This document shows positions 29,657 to 39,591 of a DNA stretch of 64,000 nt, one piece after another. Under the pieces are notes generated by a model. It saw only the letters and a list, made by a program, of their open reading frames with translations, was not told the origin of the DNA and did not search any database. How positions within the stretch are numbered: the first letter of the stretch is position 1; every line of letters starts with the position of its first letter. Origin of the DNA: a virus (taxonomy: Duplodnaviria; Caudoviricetes); IMG/VR virus record IMGVR_UViG_3300030055_000003; one strand, given 5' to 3'. The translations under genes and the position numbers were made by a program.

Positions 29657-30392
29657 TTGTAAAATATCTGATTAAATCGTCTTTAAATTCTCGCATTGCT
29701 TTTTCTGCTACTTCTTCAGATATAAAATAAGTTTCACTTATATATTTATAATCCCTAGTTTCATCAATAATTAATTCTTTACTGTCATAATTATAAGCTA
29801 TGCTGTATTTTAAAGAGTTATTGTTCCAATCAATTTCTCTTTCATTATTTTCAAAAGCAAACTTCTCTAAATTCCTATGTAGCAACTGTTCGAAAGCAAT
29901 TCTTTTAGCTTTGTCTTTGGTTTTATAATAATTTAAATTTTCAATACGTTGTTTGTTAAATTCGTCATCCTCATAACCTTGATAATACACTTTTCCATCT
30001 AAATGTATATACCAATATATTTCATTTTCTTTAGGAGTCCACCATTCTTTTTTATTATCTTCTTTCTCAATTTGTTTTTGTACATTTTCTATCTTTTCTT
30101 TAAATTCTTTTTTAATTTGCTCCAATTCATTTAATAATTGTTCTTTCTTTGACATATTATTACTCCCTTTTTCTAATATTTTAATATATTCTATAGCTTC
30201 TCTTGATAAGAAAGTTCCTCCCAGTTCTTTTGGGTAATCAATACCTATACAATTATCATCATTTTTTATTAGTTTGCCTTTAATAAATTTGCGTTTAAAC
30301 CTTGGTTCAGTCTTCATTATAACTTTTGTTCCTAAAGATATTTCCTGAACTAAACCATTTATAATGTCTTTTGCATAATATATATTTTTCAA
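29646..30392 (-). CDS. Conserved phage hypothetical protein
   Basis: WWTPKENEIYWYI...NYYKTK..A...YF.SEE.AEKA pattern. Confidence 0.6.
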   Translation of the reverse strand: MKNIYYAKDIINGLVQEISLGTKVIMKTEPRFKRKFIKGKLIKNDDNCIGIDYPKELGGTFLSREAIEYIKILEKGSNNMSKKEQLLNELEQIKKEFKEKIENVQKQIEKEDNKKEWWTPKENEIYWYIHLDGKVYYQGYEDDEFNKQRIENLNYYKTKDKAKRIAFEQLLHRNLEKFAFENNEREIDWNNNSLKYSIAYNYDSKELIIDETRDYKYISETYFISEEVAEKAMREFKDDLIRYFTSDK

Positions 30393-30430
30393 TTTTATCC
30401 CTCCTTAATTTTCCAAATAAAAGTAATATT

Positions 30431-30913
30431 TTACTGTATTAAATTTTGAAAGTCATTCCAATCAAACAAAAAATTTTCCTTTATATATCCACCATAATTA
30501 ATTAAGTCAGTTTTAAAATCTTGATGATTTTTTAAATATTCTTCAAGTCTATCAATTTCTCTATCTATTTGATTTGATGTTCCAGTTGCAGTAGGATAAA
30601 CACGGTCTTTACTTATGCAATACCAAAACTTACCTATAGAAGTATTAATTAAAAATATCCAACCATCTATCCACAAAGTTCCTATAACATCACTTGAAGA
30701 TTCAAATGTTTTATATTCTTTTGCTTTATTTAATATCTCATTACTGTTTAGTTTTATTCTATTTCTAAAAAATTCATTATATTTTCGTTCCATACATTTC
30801 TTTACCAAATCTATTTTTTTATCTTTGTAATTAAAACCGTACGTTCCTAATACCTTTTTTAATTCATTATTTTTATAACTTTTAATTTCGTTGTAATAAT
30901 CTAATATTTCCAT
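30431..30913 (-). CDS. Hypothetical protein
   Basis: ORF with SD. Confidence 0.55.
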   Translation of the reverse strand: MEILDYYNEIKSYKNNELKKVLGTYGFNYKDKKIDLVKKCMERKYNEFFRNRIKLNSNEILNKAKEYKTFESSSDVIGTLWIDGWIFLINTSIGKFWYCISKDRVYPTATGTSNQIDREIDRLEEYLKNHQDFKTDLINYGGYIKENFLFDWNDFQNLIQ

Positions 30914-30963
30914 ATCTATTTTCTAACCTCCAGTTTAATTTATTTCACCTTAAAAGAAGTAAT

Positions 30964-31167
30964 TTAAAGTCTTATCCATATCCCATCATTAAAATACCTT
31001 TCAACTTCTTTTGTGTCATATTCTACTTCATATTCCTCGTTTTCATATGTATATTTTATAATACTTTCTTCTTCGTTGATTTCTACAATATAATCTCCAA
31101 TGTATTCTCCAAAATCTATGGCTTGTTGTTGAAGTTCATCATTTAATTTAAATTCAATTATTTCCAT
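30964..31167 (-). CDS. Small acidic hypothetical protein
   Basis: ORF with SD GGAGGT. Confidence 0.55.
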   Translation of the reverse strand: MEIIEFKLNDELQQQAIDFGEYIGDYIVEINEEESIIKYTYENEEYEVEYDTKEVERYFNDGIWIRL

Positions 31168-31371
31168 TAATCATACCTCCTTAATATCTTATATACCCTA
31201 TTACACACCAGTTTGAACATTTCTAACTTTATAATCATAACAATCTTTACCTATGTATTCATATATATTAATGTCCATTTCTTGTGATTGTAGGAATAAT
31301 TTAAATTGCTCTGACATTTTTGATTTGTTTATAATTATCCACTTCCTTATATTAATTTATTTATAACCATA

Positions 31372-31400
31372 ATATTACTCTTATTATTTTATATTGTCAA
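31372..31400 (-). promoter_or_regulatory. Sigma-A promoter
   Basis: TTGACA-17-TAATAT. Confidence 0.65.
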
Positions 31401-31419
31401 TTAATTTCTGTTAATTTGT

Positions 31420-31662
31420 TTATAGACTTATGCTAACACTATTACAAACTCTTTTATCTTCATCGTCAGTAAATTCAACAAAACTAGATATATATTTATC
31501 CCATATCTGTCCTTCTATTTCAATTCCTAAATCAAACTTTGTAGCCTTGCTAATTGTTCCTATTGGTATATTATCTTTAATAATTGGTTTATTTATATAA
31601 CTTTCTGCTTCAATTTTATAATCATATATTACTGTTTTAATTGTCATAAAGAAATCCTCCAC
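31420..31662 (-). CDS. Hypothetical protein
   Basis: Co-oriented ORF. Confidence 0.5.
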   Translation of the reverse strand: MEDFFMTIKTVIYDYKIEAESYINKPIIKDNIPIGTISKATKFDLGIEIEGQIWDKYISSFVEFTDDEDKRVCNSVSISL

Positions 31663-31681
31663 TTACTCTAAATTCTTCATT

Positions 31682-32041
31682 TTAATATAACTCAACTCGT
31701 ATTTTTATACCTATTGTATATAAATTGTTATAGATTAATTTATATTTCTGATCTTCTAAAGTTCCTTCAATTTCAATTCTATATTTTTGTTTTTCTGTAA
31801 TCATATCATCTTTATCTTTTTTGTATTCTGGATAAATATGATATTGTATCTGTCCTATTATAAATCCCTTTGGTAATACAATTTCTTCATCAAAACAATT
31901 TAATGATGTTAATTTTATATCATCCCATCCTTCTAATACAAACTCTGCTGATTCAAATTTATTAGTAAAATCTTCTTTTAATTTATCTAATATTTCTTCT
32001 ATTTTTGTAAACCTTGTTGAATTTGTCGCTGTTATTTTCAT
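31682..32041 (-). CDS. Hypothetical protein
   Basis: ORF with SD. Confidence 0.55.
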   Translation of the reverse strand: MKITATNSTRFTKIEEILDKLKEDFTNKFESAEFVLEGWDDIKLTSLNCFDEEIVLPKGFIIGQIQYHIYPEYKKDKDDMITEKQKYRIEIEGTLEDQKYKLIYNNLYTIGIKIRVELY

Positions 32042-32043
32042 AA

Positions 32044-32247
32044 TTATTCCTCCTCATCTTCATTTAAATATAGTAAACAATCTGTGCTAATTTTTAAAGT
32101 TCCACACTTTGGACACGCTAATATCTCAACCTTTTCATCATATGTATCATCATCTCTGTTTTTCTTTTGAATTGTAGCTACTAGATTTATTTTTACAAAC
32201 TTATTATCAAAATCCCATGATTCATATTTACAAGCTTCACATTTCAT
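32044..32247 (-). CDS. Small zinc-ribbon protein
   Basis: MKCEAC...ACPKCGTL. Confidence 0.6.
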   Translation of the reverse strand: MKCEACKYESWDFDNKFVKINLVATIQKKNRDDDTYDEKVEILACPKCGTLKISTDCLLYLNEDEEE

Positions 32248-32261
32248 TATTATAACCTCTC

Positions 32262-32552
32262 TTATTTTAAATATTTTTCTAATTCATCACCAAGAAATTG
32301 AAAATCTTGTAAATCTCCACTCATTTCTGGTTTAGCAAATTTTACATCACTTTTCTCACTGGCTTTCTTATAGAATTTTTCAGCTATCATTTTCTTTAAT
32401 TGTTCAGTTTCTTCACTATCAGAATTGACTATTTCTTTAAATATATCTTTTCTTGTTAATTCTTCACATGAACATAATGCCGTCCACATTGACTCATTAG
32501 TGAATATTAATTGTTCTATAAAATCATCTGTTTCTTTTTTAGTAAATTTCAT
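32262..32552 (-). CDS. Hypothetical protein
   Basis: ORF with SD. Confidence 0.55.
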   Translation of the reverse strand: MKFTKKETDDFIEQLIFTNESMWTALCSCEELTRKDIFKEIVNSDSEETEQLKKMIAEKFYKKASEKSDVKFAKPEMSGDLQDFQFLGDELEKYLK

Positions 32553-32637
32553 AATTTTTATGCCTCCTAAAGTCCCTATTTAAGCCGTTCTTAAAACCTA
32601 ATATTACCATAAAATGGCTCTTTTAAAGCCTTTACAT

Positions 32638-32883
32638 CTATTCTTTCTTTGGAAATTCTATTAATTTTCCTTCTTTTTTAACTCCATTCATTTCATCTAT
32701 ATCTTCTTCTTCCATTCTTGTGTTCATTTGATCTTCTGCTTGCTGACTTATATGATTATCAATTAACCATATATTTATTTCTTCATGAATTTCAAAGCCA
32801 ATTGATATATCATCAGTATTAACCATTTTCTCCATTAATTTTTCATATTCCCTATATTGCACTTCAGTATATAATTTTTTCAT
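32638..32883 (-). CDS. Acidic hypothetical protein
   Basis: ORF with SD. Confidence 0.55.
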   Translation of the reverse strand: MKKLYTEVQYREYEKLMEKMVNTDDISIGFEIHEEINIWLIDNHISQQAEDQMNTRMEEEDIDEMNGVKKEGKLIEFPKKE

Positions 32884-32895
32884 ATTTAAATCCTC

Positions 32896-33378
32896 CTATA
32901 ATAACTCTTTAATAAACATATTATAATCACAACTATTAATTTCTAAACCTAATTTACTTATATATTCATATAATTCTTTTTCTTTCTCACTAAATATATT
33001 CTTTAATGCTGGAACATAATTAGCTTTTTCTAGGGCAAAATATAATTGTTGGCTATCTAATTCTGCAAAAATATAATATTGTATATTATATAATTTTGAT
33101 AATCTTCTAAGTTCTTTAACTTCGTATTTTGACAACGCAGTAACATCAATTACTTCATTCTTCTTATTAATAATAACGCAATGTCTAACTAAATAGTGGT
33201 CTTGCCCTCCAGTATAACAATAACCAATTTTATATTCTCCCTTATGGTAATCTTCTAATAATAGATTTGCCAATATGTTTATACAATTATTATAACAATG
33301 ACCTTTTTCAATTAAGTCTTTGGATTCTAAATACAACTCATATGTTTTATTTATATTTAATTTTAAATTTTTTATCAT
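32896..33378 (-). CDS. Putative transglutaminase/papain-like Cys-His-Asp protein
   Basis: GHCYNN...VRHCVI...VIDVT. Confidence 0.4.
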   Translation of the reverse strand: MIKNLKLNINKTYELYLESKDLIEKGHCYNNCINILANLLLEDYHKGEYKIGYCYTGGQDHYLVRHCVIINKKNEVIDVTALSKYEVKELRRLSKLYNIQYYIFAELDSQQLYFALEKANYVPALKNIFSEKEKELYEYISKLGLEINSCDYNMFIKELL

Positions 33379-33410
33379 TAGCTTTTCCCTTTCATTATAA
33401 ACTTATTGCT

Positions 33411-33638
33411 TTATTGACTTATATTTTTTATTAATTCTTTTATATTTATTTCAGATTCATAAATACTTTCTAATAAATTTAATGTCTTCTTTAATTGAAT
33501 ATCATCTAAAGTATTTAATAACAATACATTTTTATCTATTATAATATTTTGATTCTTTATATTAAAATTATGTTCATTTGTTTTGCAAATATAACCATCT
33601 AATAATTTTATATATTCCTGTATTTTTGTTTTACACAA
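33411..33638 (-). CDS. Hypothetical protein
   Basis: Co-oriented ORF. Confidence 0.45.
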   Translation of the reverse strand: MCKTKIQEYIKLLDGYICKTNEHNFNIKNQNIIIDKNVLLLNTLDDIQLKKTLNLLESIYESEINIKELIKNISQ

Positions 33639-33658
33639 TTTAAAATCACCTCTCTCAT

Positions 33659-33796
33659 TTATTGATATATTCCCTCAAAATAATCTTCTGTAATATCATT
33701 ATCTTGTTCATCATATATTAATTCACATTCTTCACATTCAAAGAAATCCAAATCTTCCATTTGCTTTAACTCATTGCCACATCTTTTACAATCCAT
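33659..33796 (-). CDS. 45-aa zinc-ribbon protein (absent from ORF track)
   Basis: MDCKRCGNELKQMEDLDFFECEECELIY...; SD GAGGTGA. Confidence 0.65.
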   Translation of the reverse strand: MDCKRCGNELKQMEDLDFFECEECELIYDEQDNDITEDYFEGIYQ

Positions 33797-33852
33797 TTTA
33801 CTCACCTCGCTTCAATTAAAAGATATTTTAACACTTTATTTTCAAATCTATT

Positions 33853-34260
33853 TTATAGCAACCATTTTCCTGTATTTAAATCAATGAATTTCGATAGTTT
33901 TATATCTGAATGAAATTCATCACCATATTCACCTGCTGAAGTCCGAGCATTTAATTTAAAGGGTATATTATATAATCTTCCACTTTTTGTTTTAGAAATA
34001 AGATTATTTTCAATAAAGTACAATAGAATCTTTTTATGTGTTCTGATATCATCACAATTAAGATAAAAACAAGTAACTCCTATTTCTTCATCTGTATGTT
34101 TTGATTCACCAACAATATTCTTTTTTATGGTATCCTCACATATTTTAGCTACAAATTCTTTATCTTTAAAGAAATACATCCATTTTCCAGATTTATTAGA
34201 ATCAAACTTATAAAATTCATCAACATAATGAATCCATCCACAACGTTTTATTATTTCCAT
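33853..34260 (-). CDS. Hypothetical protein, possible DUF1917/eIF4E-like fold
   Basis: SGKWMYFF...YNIPFK...T..GEYG. Confidence 0.35.
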   Translation of the reverse strand: MEIIKRCGWIHYVDEFYKFDSNKSGKWMYFFKDKEFVAKICEDTIKKNIVGESKHTDEEIGVTCFYLNCDDIRTHKKILLYFIENNLISKTKSGRLYNIPFKLNARTSAGEYGDEFHSDIKLSKFIDLNTGKWLL

Positions 34261-34344
34261 AATTGTATCTCCTTTTATGTTTTTATTTTTAATAAAAGAT
34301 AGAATTTATGTTAATAACAATTTTTTCCCTTCATGTTTTATCAT

Positions 34345-34611
34345 TTACAATTTCCCTTTCCAATATATAATACTTTTAAAATTAAAATATTCTTTGACTT
34401 CATATGGTTCTGTCAATACTCCATGTATTTCATTATCTTGAAAATAAAATGAATACTTCTTATCTAATATTTGAACCTTAATTGTTTGACCTTTTTTATC
34501 ACATTCTATAATTTTACCTTTTACACTAAAATATTCATCAAGTTCAAATAATTCTCTATTTGTTTCATTGATAAATTCTTCTATTTTCTTAACTATTTCT
34601 TTTTCTTCCAT
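34345..34611 (-). CDS. Hypothetical protein
   Basis: Co-oriented ORF. Confidence 0.55.
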   Translation of the reverse strand: MEEKEIVKKIEEFINETNRELFELDEYFSVKGKIIECDKKGQTIKVQILDKKYSFYFQDNEIHGVLTEPYEVKEYFNFKSIIYWKGKL

Positions 34612-34612
34612 T

Positions 34613-34810
34613 TTATAATTCCTCCCCTATTTTATAATTTAATTCTTCTTCCATATCTTTAACAATTCCAATTCGACAACATTCAAATATCTTATAAATT
34701 TTATCTTTAGAATCCTTTATAAATTCGTTACATTCTTCCATATCTTCAAACCATTCATAAGTAGTATATCCTTTCACATGTATATAAGTTAATAATATGT
34801 TTCTATCCAT
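34613..34810 (-). CDS. Hypothetical protein
   Basis: Co-oriented ORF. Confidence 0.5.
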   Translation of the reverse strand: MDRNILLTYIHVKGYTTYEWFEDMEECNEFIKDSKDKIYKIFECCRIGIVKDMEEELNYKIGEEL

Positions 34811-35091
34811 TATACTTCCTCCTCATATGCCCATATATTTAATACTTGATTACTGTATGGTAATTTTATACCTTTACTTTCAAAAAAATCTCTAATAAAT
34901 TTTTCACATTCTTTATTAGGATTAGGTAACATGTATTGTGAATCTATAAATTCATCTACTATTTGAAGTTTATAGCTTTTTACAATATTATTAACTTGAC
35001 CATCTCTGATTATTCTTAAACAAGTTCCTTTATCTTTTAATGTTGAATTTATTTCTTCTAATATTTCAGTTGTTATTAAATCTTTTTGCAT
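34810..35091 (-). CDS. Hypothetical protein
   Basis: ORF with SD. Confidence 0.55.
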   Translation of the reverse strand: MQKDLITTEILEEINSTLKDKGTCLRIIRDGQVNNIVKSYKLQIVDEFIDSQYMLPNPNKECEKFIRDFFESKGIKLPYSNQVLNIWAYEEEV

Positions 35092-35134
35092 TTCAATTCC
35101 TCCTAAATTTTGTTAAAATATAGTTTTTAAGGTC

Positions 35135-35542
35135 TTATTCACACTCTTTACCTTGCAATGCTCTTTCCAATATTTCTTTTAAATTAAATATATCTTCATA
35201 TGTCAAATTATTCTTAAAATATTTTTTATCTCTTGATGCTTTATTAAACAAGGTAAATAAATTTTCTTCAACTTCTATTATATTATACCAAGTTTTTAAT
35301 TCGTCAGTTACAACATAATATTTAGATTCCAAATGTTTTAGAAGTTCATTGTTATCTAACCTAATACTTCCTTTAGCGGTTCTTTTTATGATCTTTCTAT
35401 TCCTAACAGTATAACTATCACCCCAAGAGTTCCATTCAATTTCAACTAAAGTATCACCTTCTTTTAGATTGTTCCATATTACTTCTCTTTCTTCTTTACT
35501 TATTATTGGCAATTTTAAATCTTTCATTTGATTCCACTCCAT
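35135..35542 (-). CDS. Hypothetical protein
   Basis: Co-oriented ORF. Confidence 0.55.
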   Translation of the reverse strand: MEWNQMKDLKLPIISKEEREVIWNNLKEGDTLVEIEWNSWGDSYTVRNRKIIKRTAKGSIRLDNNELLKHLESKYYVVTDELKTWYNIIEVEENLFTLFNKASRDKKYFKNNLTYEDIFNLKEILERALQGKECE

Positions 35543-35712
35543 TTCATTATTAATATTATATCCAATTTATATGTATCTGTCATTCCTTATTAGCTTATCT
35601 TTAGTATAAATCTTCCAACCTAATAAGTCAATAGTCTTTCTATTAATTTATTTAAATAATATAAAAAGTTTCTAACAAATTTAATCTCTGCTAGAAACTT
35701 CTATGTTGTTAT

Positions 35713-35916
35713 TTAATTAAATCCTCCTAATATCCATTGAATTATTTTTATTGGTAACCAAAGTAACCACATTATTAGCCATACCCAAATAGGTATACAC
35801 AATGGAAAGAATCCATCTGAAAAATCTACCCATGTCCAATGAAAATCTCTTATATCTTTAGGTTTTATAAACCAAAAACCTATAAACATATAAATTCCAA
35901 AAGCTATGTACATCAT
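35713..35916 (-). CDS. Small membrane protein
   Basis: Two hydrophobic Trp-rich segments; SD GGAGGT. Confidence 0.6.
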   Translation of the reverse strand: MMYIAFGIYMFIGFWFIKPKDIRDFHWTWVDFSDGFFPLCIPIWVWLIMWLLWLPIKIIQWILGGFN

Positions 35917-35962
35917 ACAACCTCCTTTCTTCTGTTAATTTATTTACCTTCAAATTAGAATT

Positions 35963-36304
35963 TTAACAGAATACTTTTTCTAATTCAATTCTCTTAAATC
36001 TACATTCAATAAATTCATCTCCTACTTTTAAATTCACACTTATAGGATATTCAGGATATTTTACATCTACACCTAACACATATCCTATTTTACCTTTCAT
36101 ATTTTTTAAATCTTCTATTTCTATCTTGACCATTGCTTTGTCACCAATTAATAAATCGCCTAATAATTCTTTTTCGGCTAAAGTAGGTTCACAAAATTCT
36201 TGATAGAATATTCCTGTCATTTCATCTTCATTTATATCTTGTTTGACTTGTTCTTTTACTATTTTAGTAGCCCTTTTGGCTAAATCCCATAGATCTTTAC
36301 TCAT
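35963..36304 (-). CDS. Hypothetical protein
   Basis: ORF with SD. Confidence 0.55.
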   Translation of the reverse strand: MSKDLWDLAKRATKIVKEQVKQDINEDEMTGIFYQEFCEPTLAEKELLGDLLIGDKAMVKIEIEDLKNMKGKIGYVLGVDVKYPEYPISVNLKVGDEFIECRFKRIELEKVFC

Positions 36305-36320
36305 TACAATTTATCCTCCT

Positions 36321-36527
36321 TTAATAATCTATTTCATTGCCATCTTTATCTAAGCATCTTTCAGCACCATATGAAAATTGATAATATACTCCACATTCAC
36401 ACTCTAGTTCTTCTTCACAAGTCATAGGATTCAATAAAGACAATCCTTCCCAATGAATCTGTTTCATTTCTTTGCCACACTTTGGACAATTCATAATCTC
36501 ACTTCCTTTCAACTTCCAATGAAACAT
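36321..36527 (-). CDS. Small zinc-ribbon protein
   Basis: MNCPKCGK...LECECG. Confidence 0.55.
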   Translation of the reverse strand: MFHWKLKGSEIMNCPKCGKEMKQIHWEGLSLLNPMTCEEELECECGVYYQFSYGAERCLDKDGNEIDY

Positions 36528-36543
36528 TTATTTTATTTGCTTT

Positions 36544-37011
36544 TTAATTTGAACACTCTATCATATTTTTAATAACTGTTACTGTGTTTTTCAAAGCTTT
36601 ATTTAATATTTCCTCATTAATTTCAACATCTCTTACATCACCACTTCTAGACATTCCAGCACATACACAATCTGTTATCATTTCTAATACATCAAGTAAA
36701 TTTACATCTTCAGGACAATTAGATAATAGATGATGTCTTTCTTTGGCTATATGTAGTTGATACCATTCGTTATTAACAAAATCAGTTCCTTCATTCATTG
36801 TTGATAAAAGGTTATTATAAAATAGTTCTTCATCAGTTTTCTTCGTAATATCATGAGAGAAACCTATATCCATTATCATATAAGCTAACTCTTTCATGAC
36901 ATTTTTAACATCTCGCCTATGCATATCATTTGCTTGTTGAAATTCCTCAAAACTTACATCTTTTTTAGCCGTTCTTGTGTCTCCATTTGGATTTTTATAA
37001 ATTTTTACCAT
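36544..37011 (-). CDS. HD-domain phosphohydrolase-like protein (DUF5662-like)
   Basis: H...V...HD.TK...H...ERHH...D.LEMITD. Confidence 0.6.
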   Translation of the reverse strand: MVKIYKNPNGDTRTAKKDVSFEEFQQANDMHRRDVKNVMKELAYMIMDIGFSHDITKKTDEELFYNNLLSTMNEGTDFVNNEWYQLHIAKERHHLLSNCPEDVNLLDVLEMITDCVCAGMSRSGDVRDVEINEEILNKALKNTVTVIKNMIECSN

Positions 37012-37059
37012 ATACTCTCCTCCTTATATTTACCATAAAATAACATATCTATCGTGTTT

Positions 37060-37359
37060 TTAATCCCATTTAAATTTTTTACAACTTATTTTACTAGGTA
37101 TAAAAGAAACATCGCTTTCTATTGGCTTTAATATATCAATAGGCAACTCTTTTGTATAATTACAACCCCTAAGTTTGCAATCTTTACATATAGTAACTCT
37201 AAATTCATCAGCTCTTTCGTCATAGGATTTAGAGTTATATTCTTTAATCATATATTTATATAACAATTTTGACATTGTTTCTTTGTCTTTTTGTAAATAT
37301 TCATATTTAGTTTTTATTGTTCTTAATTCTTCTATTTCTTTAATTAATTCATCAATCAT
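37060..37359 (-). CDS. Hypothetical protein
   Basis: ORF with SD. Confidence 0.55.
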   Translation of the reverse strand: MIDELIKEIEELRTIKTKYEYLQKDKETMSKLLYKYMIKEYNSKSYDERADEFRVTICKDCKLRGCNYTKELPIDILKPIESDVSFIPSKISCKKFKWD

Positions 37360-37605
37360 TTTCCTATCTCCTTTTTATAATTTATTAATATTCCATTCAA
37401 ATCCATATTTTATTGCCTTTTTATTTATTAAAAGTCTCTTTATATAATTTATCTATTTTCTTTTCTAAAGAATTACTAGCTTCTGAGCCATCAGATTCAC
37501 CACACATCATATCACTTAACCATAATATTTCTGAATCAGATAATTCTAATACTTTAATTTTATTTTTTAATTCATTATACATATTAATATCCTCCCATCT
37601 TTTAA

Positions 37606-37908
37606 TTAAACATTTAAAACCGTTGGAAATCCTAAATATTGTACACTGTCCACATCTTCTTGTTCCTCATATGTTTTAATAGTTTCTTCAATGCTATTAT
37701 GATTTATTTCTTCAATGTCATCATCGCCATCAGTATAATTAATTAGTATTAATGGTTTGCTTTTATTATCTATAATTTCTGGCAAACTACCATAATGTTT
37801 TCCTTGACCAATAAAATTACTATTTATGAAACTCTTAATTACCTCATAATTTTCACCTCTTATATCAAAAAATTGTTCTCCATCTAAATCTAAAAACATT
37901 CTCTTCAT
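37606..37908 (-). CDS. Hypothetical protein
   Basis: ORF with SD. Confidence 0.55.
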   Translation of the reverse strand: MKRMFLDLDGEQFFDIRGENYEVIKSFINSNFIGQGKHYGSLPEIIDNKSKPLILINYTDGDDDIEEINHNSIEETIKTYEEQEDVDSVQYLGFPTVLNV

Positions 37909-38019
37909 CTTAATCTCTCCTTTATATTTTCTATTAATTTATTCTATTAAAATCAACCATTTACGGTAATTTCCTAGAACTGATTTTTATTTTTAATTCT
38001 AGGAAGTTATCTGTTTTTA

Positions 38020-38430
38020 TTATTTTAAAAATTCTGCAATTTCATCTAGTTCTAATTCAGTTTTCTTTTCATCAGATAATAACTTATCTAATTTAGACTC
38101 CATAACTTTAAGTTTTATTTCTTCATCTTTTCTAGAAAGAATATCTAATTTGGTTCTGACATCTACTATCCATTCGCCCACCTTGTATCCACTTATTTTA
38201 TAATCATCTAACATGCCTAAATCTTTAGCTGATAACATATAACAGTTTAATCTAACCATAAGTGGAATCAGTTGTTCTTTTTGCAAAGTATTAAGATTGA
38301 GTCTAACACCATCTAATTCTATAGAACAATTTGTTATAGGTATAAATCTGTTAACACCTTCTAATTTATTTTTCTTTTCTGCAATTTGTTTCTTTAACTC
38401 CATTATCTTTTTATCATTTATATTACTCAT
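38020..38430 (-). CDS. Conserved phage hypothetical protein
   Basis: PITNCSIELDG..LNL...KLDKLLSDEKK; coupled to upstream gene. Confidence 0.6.
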   Translation of the reverse strand: MSNINDKKIMELKKQIAEKKNKLEGVNRFIPITNCSIELDGVRLNLNTLQKEQLIPLMVRLNCYMLSAKDLGMLDDYKISGYKVGEWIVDVRTKLDILSRKDEEIKLKVMESKLDKLLSDEKKTELELDEIAEFLK

Positions 38431-38433
38431 TAT

Positions 38434-39537
38434 TTATCTCTCCCTTTCATATAGCTTTCCATTTTGTAAGTATTTATTTTTATACATTGGTTGGAATTCG
38501 TCATATATTTCTTTTAGTGTTGTATTCTTTATAAATCCGTTTTTATAAGTATCTGATTTATTATAAATATTATAATCATCAGTATCGTATTCACCTTGTT
38601 CATCTCTTCTTTTATCTAATTCCATTCTATTGTTTTCGCCACTATAAAAATAAAACCACCTTCTTTTATCTGCATCTTCTTTAAATTCTTTAAAAGTATA
38701 TTTAAATAATTTATCTTTACTTTCATCATAAGGGGAGTATTCAGTTTTTCTTTCTAGTCTATCAAATAAATCAGCATAGTTTTCAACACATTCTGAAGAT
38801 ACTATATCTATAAATTTATCTCCTAATGATTTTAATATTAATGTTTCTAAATAAGGCTCATCTCTGTAATTCAAAGACTCCTTCACAAAGAAATGATGTT
38901 TACCTTTATTTACATCTTTATAGATATAATCATAGTCATAACCATATCTGCTATTGTTTCTATATACTTTTTCTGAATCTCTTGACCATTTATCAAATCT
39001 TCCCATGTAAATCCATTCGTTCATTGATTTATCTTTATATGTAGCACCTATTATTAAGTCTTTTGCTTTAAATTTTTTATTCTCAAATAATACATCATTA
39101 AACTTTTGAATTTCTTGATAATCTGGAGATGATGTAGGAATTAATATTAAATCTTTTCCGTCCCATCCATATACAAATTCCCCTTCAAGCCCTTTTCCTT
39201 TTATTGCACTAGTATTTTCTAATATATATAATAGGTTTTCTATAGTTATCTCAAATTCAAAATCACGACTATCATAGATTCTTACATATGCTTGTCTATG
39301 ATCCCAACCATTTGAGTAATCCCCTACTTTCTTGTTTAAAACAAAACCTTCAGTTGGAACATTATCATATATTATGTTGTCTATTTCATCATCCCTCCAA
39401 CTATTCCATGAAGTTTCTTTTCTTAAAACTCCTTTATTGTCAAAATAAATAACATAAGCTAATTTCTTTGTATATGTATCTTCTCTATTTCGAAATCCTA
39501 CATTTATTTGTTTTGGTATAAAAATATTACTTTTCAT
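38434..39537 (-). CDS. Conserved phage hypothetical protein
   Basis: KLAYVIY.D.KG.LRKE.SW..WRD...N.PTEGFVLNKK. Confidence 0.65.
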   Translation of the reverse strand: MKSNIFIPKQINVGFRNREDTYTKKLAYVIYFDNKGVLRKETSWNSWRDDEIDNIIYDNVPTEGFVLNKKVGDYSNGWDHRQAYVRIYDSRDFEFEITIENLLYILENTSAIKGKGLEGEFVYGWDGKDLILIPTSSPDYQEIQKFNDVLFENKKFKAKDLIIGATYKDKSMNEWIYMGRFDKWSRDSEKVYRNNSRYGYDYDYIYKDVNKGKHHFFVKESLNYRDEPYLETLILKSLGDKFIDIVSSECVENYADLFDRLERKTEYSPYDESKDKLFKYTFKEFKEDADKRRWFYFYSGENNRMELDKRRDEQGEYDTDDYNIYNKSDTYKNGFIKNTTLKEIYDEFQPMYKNKYLQNGKLYERER

Positions 39538-39591
39538 TTACTCATTTCCTTTCTTCTATTAATTTATTTAACACTTGTTAAAATTAACTAT

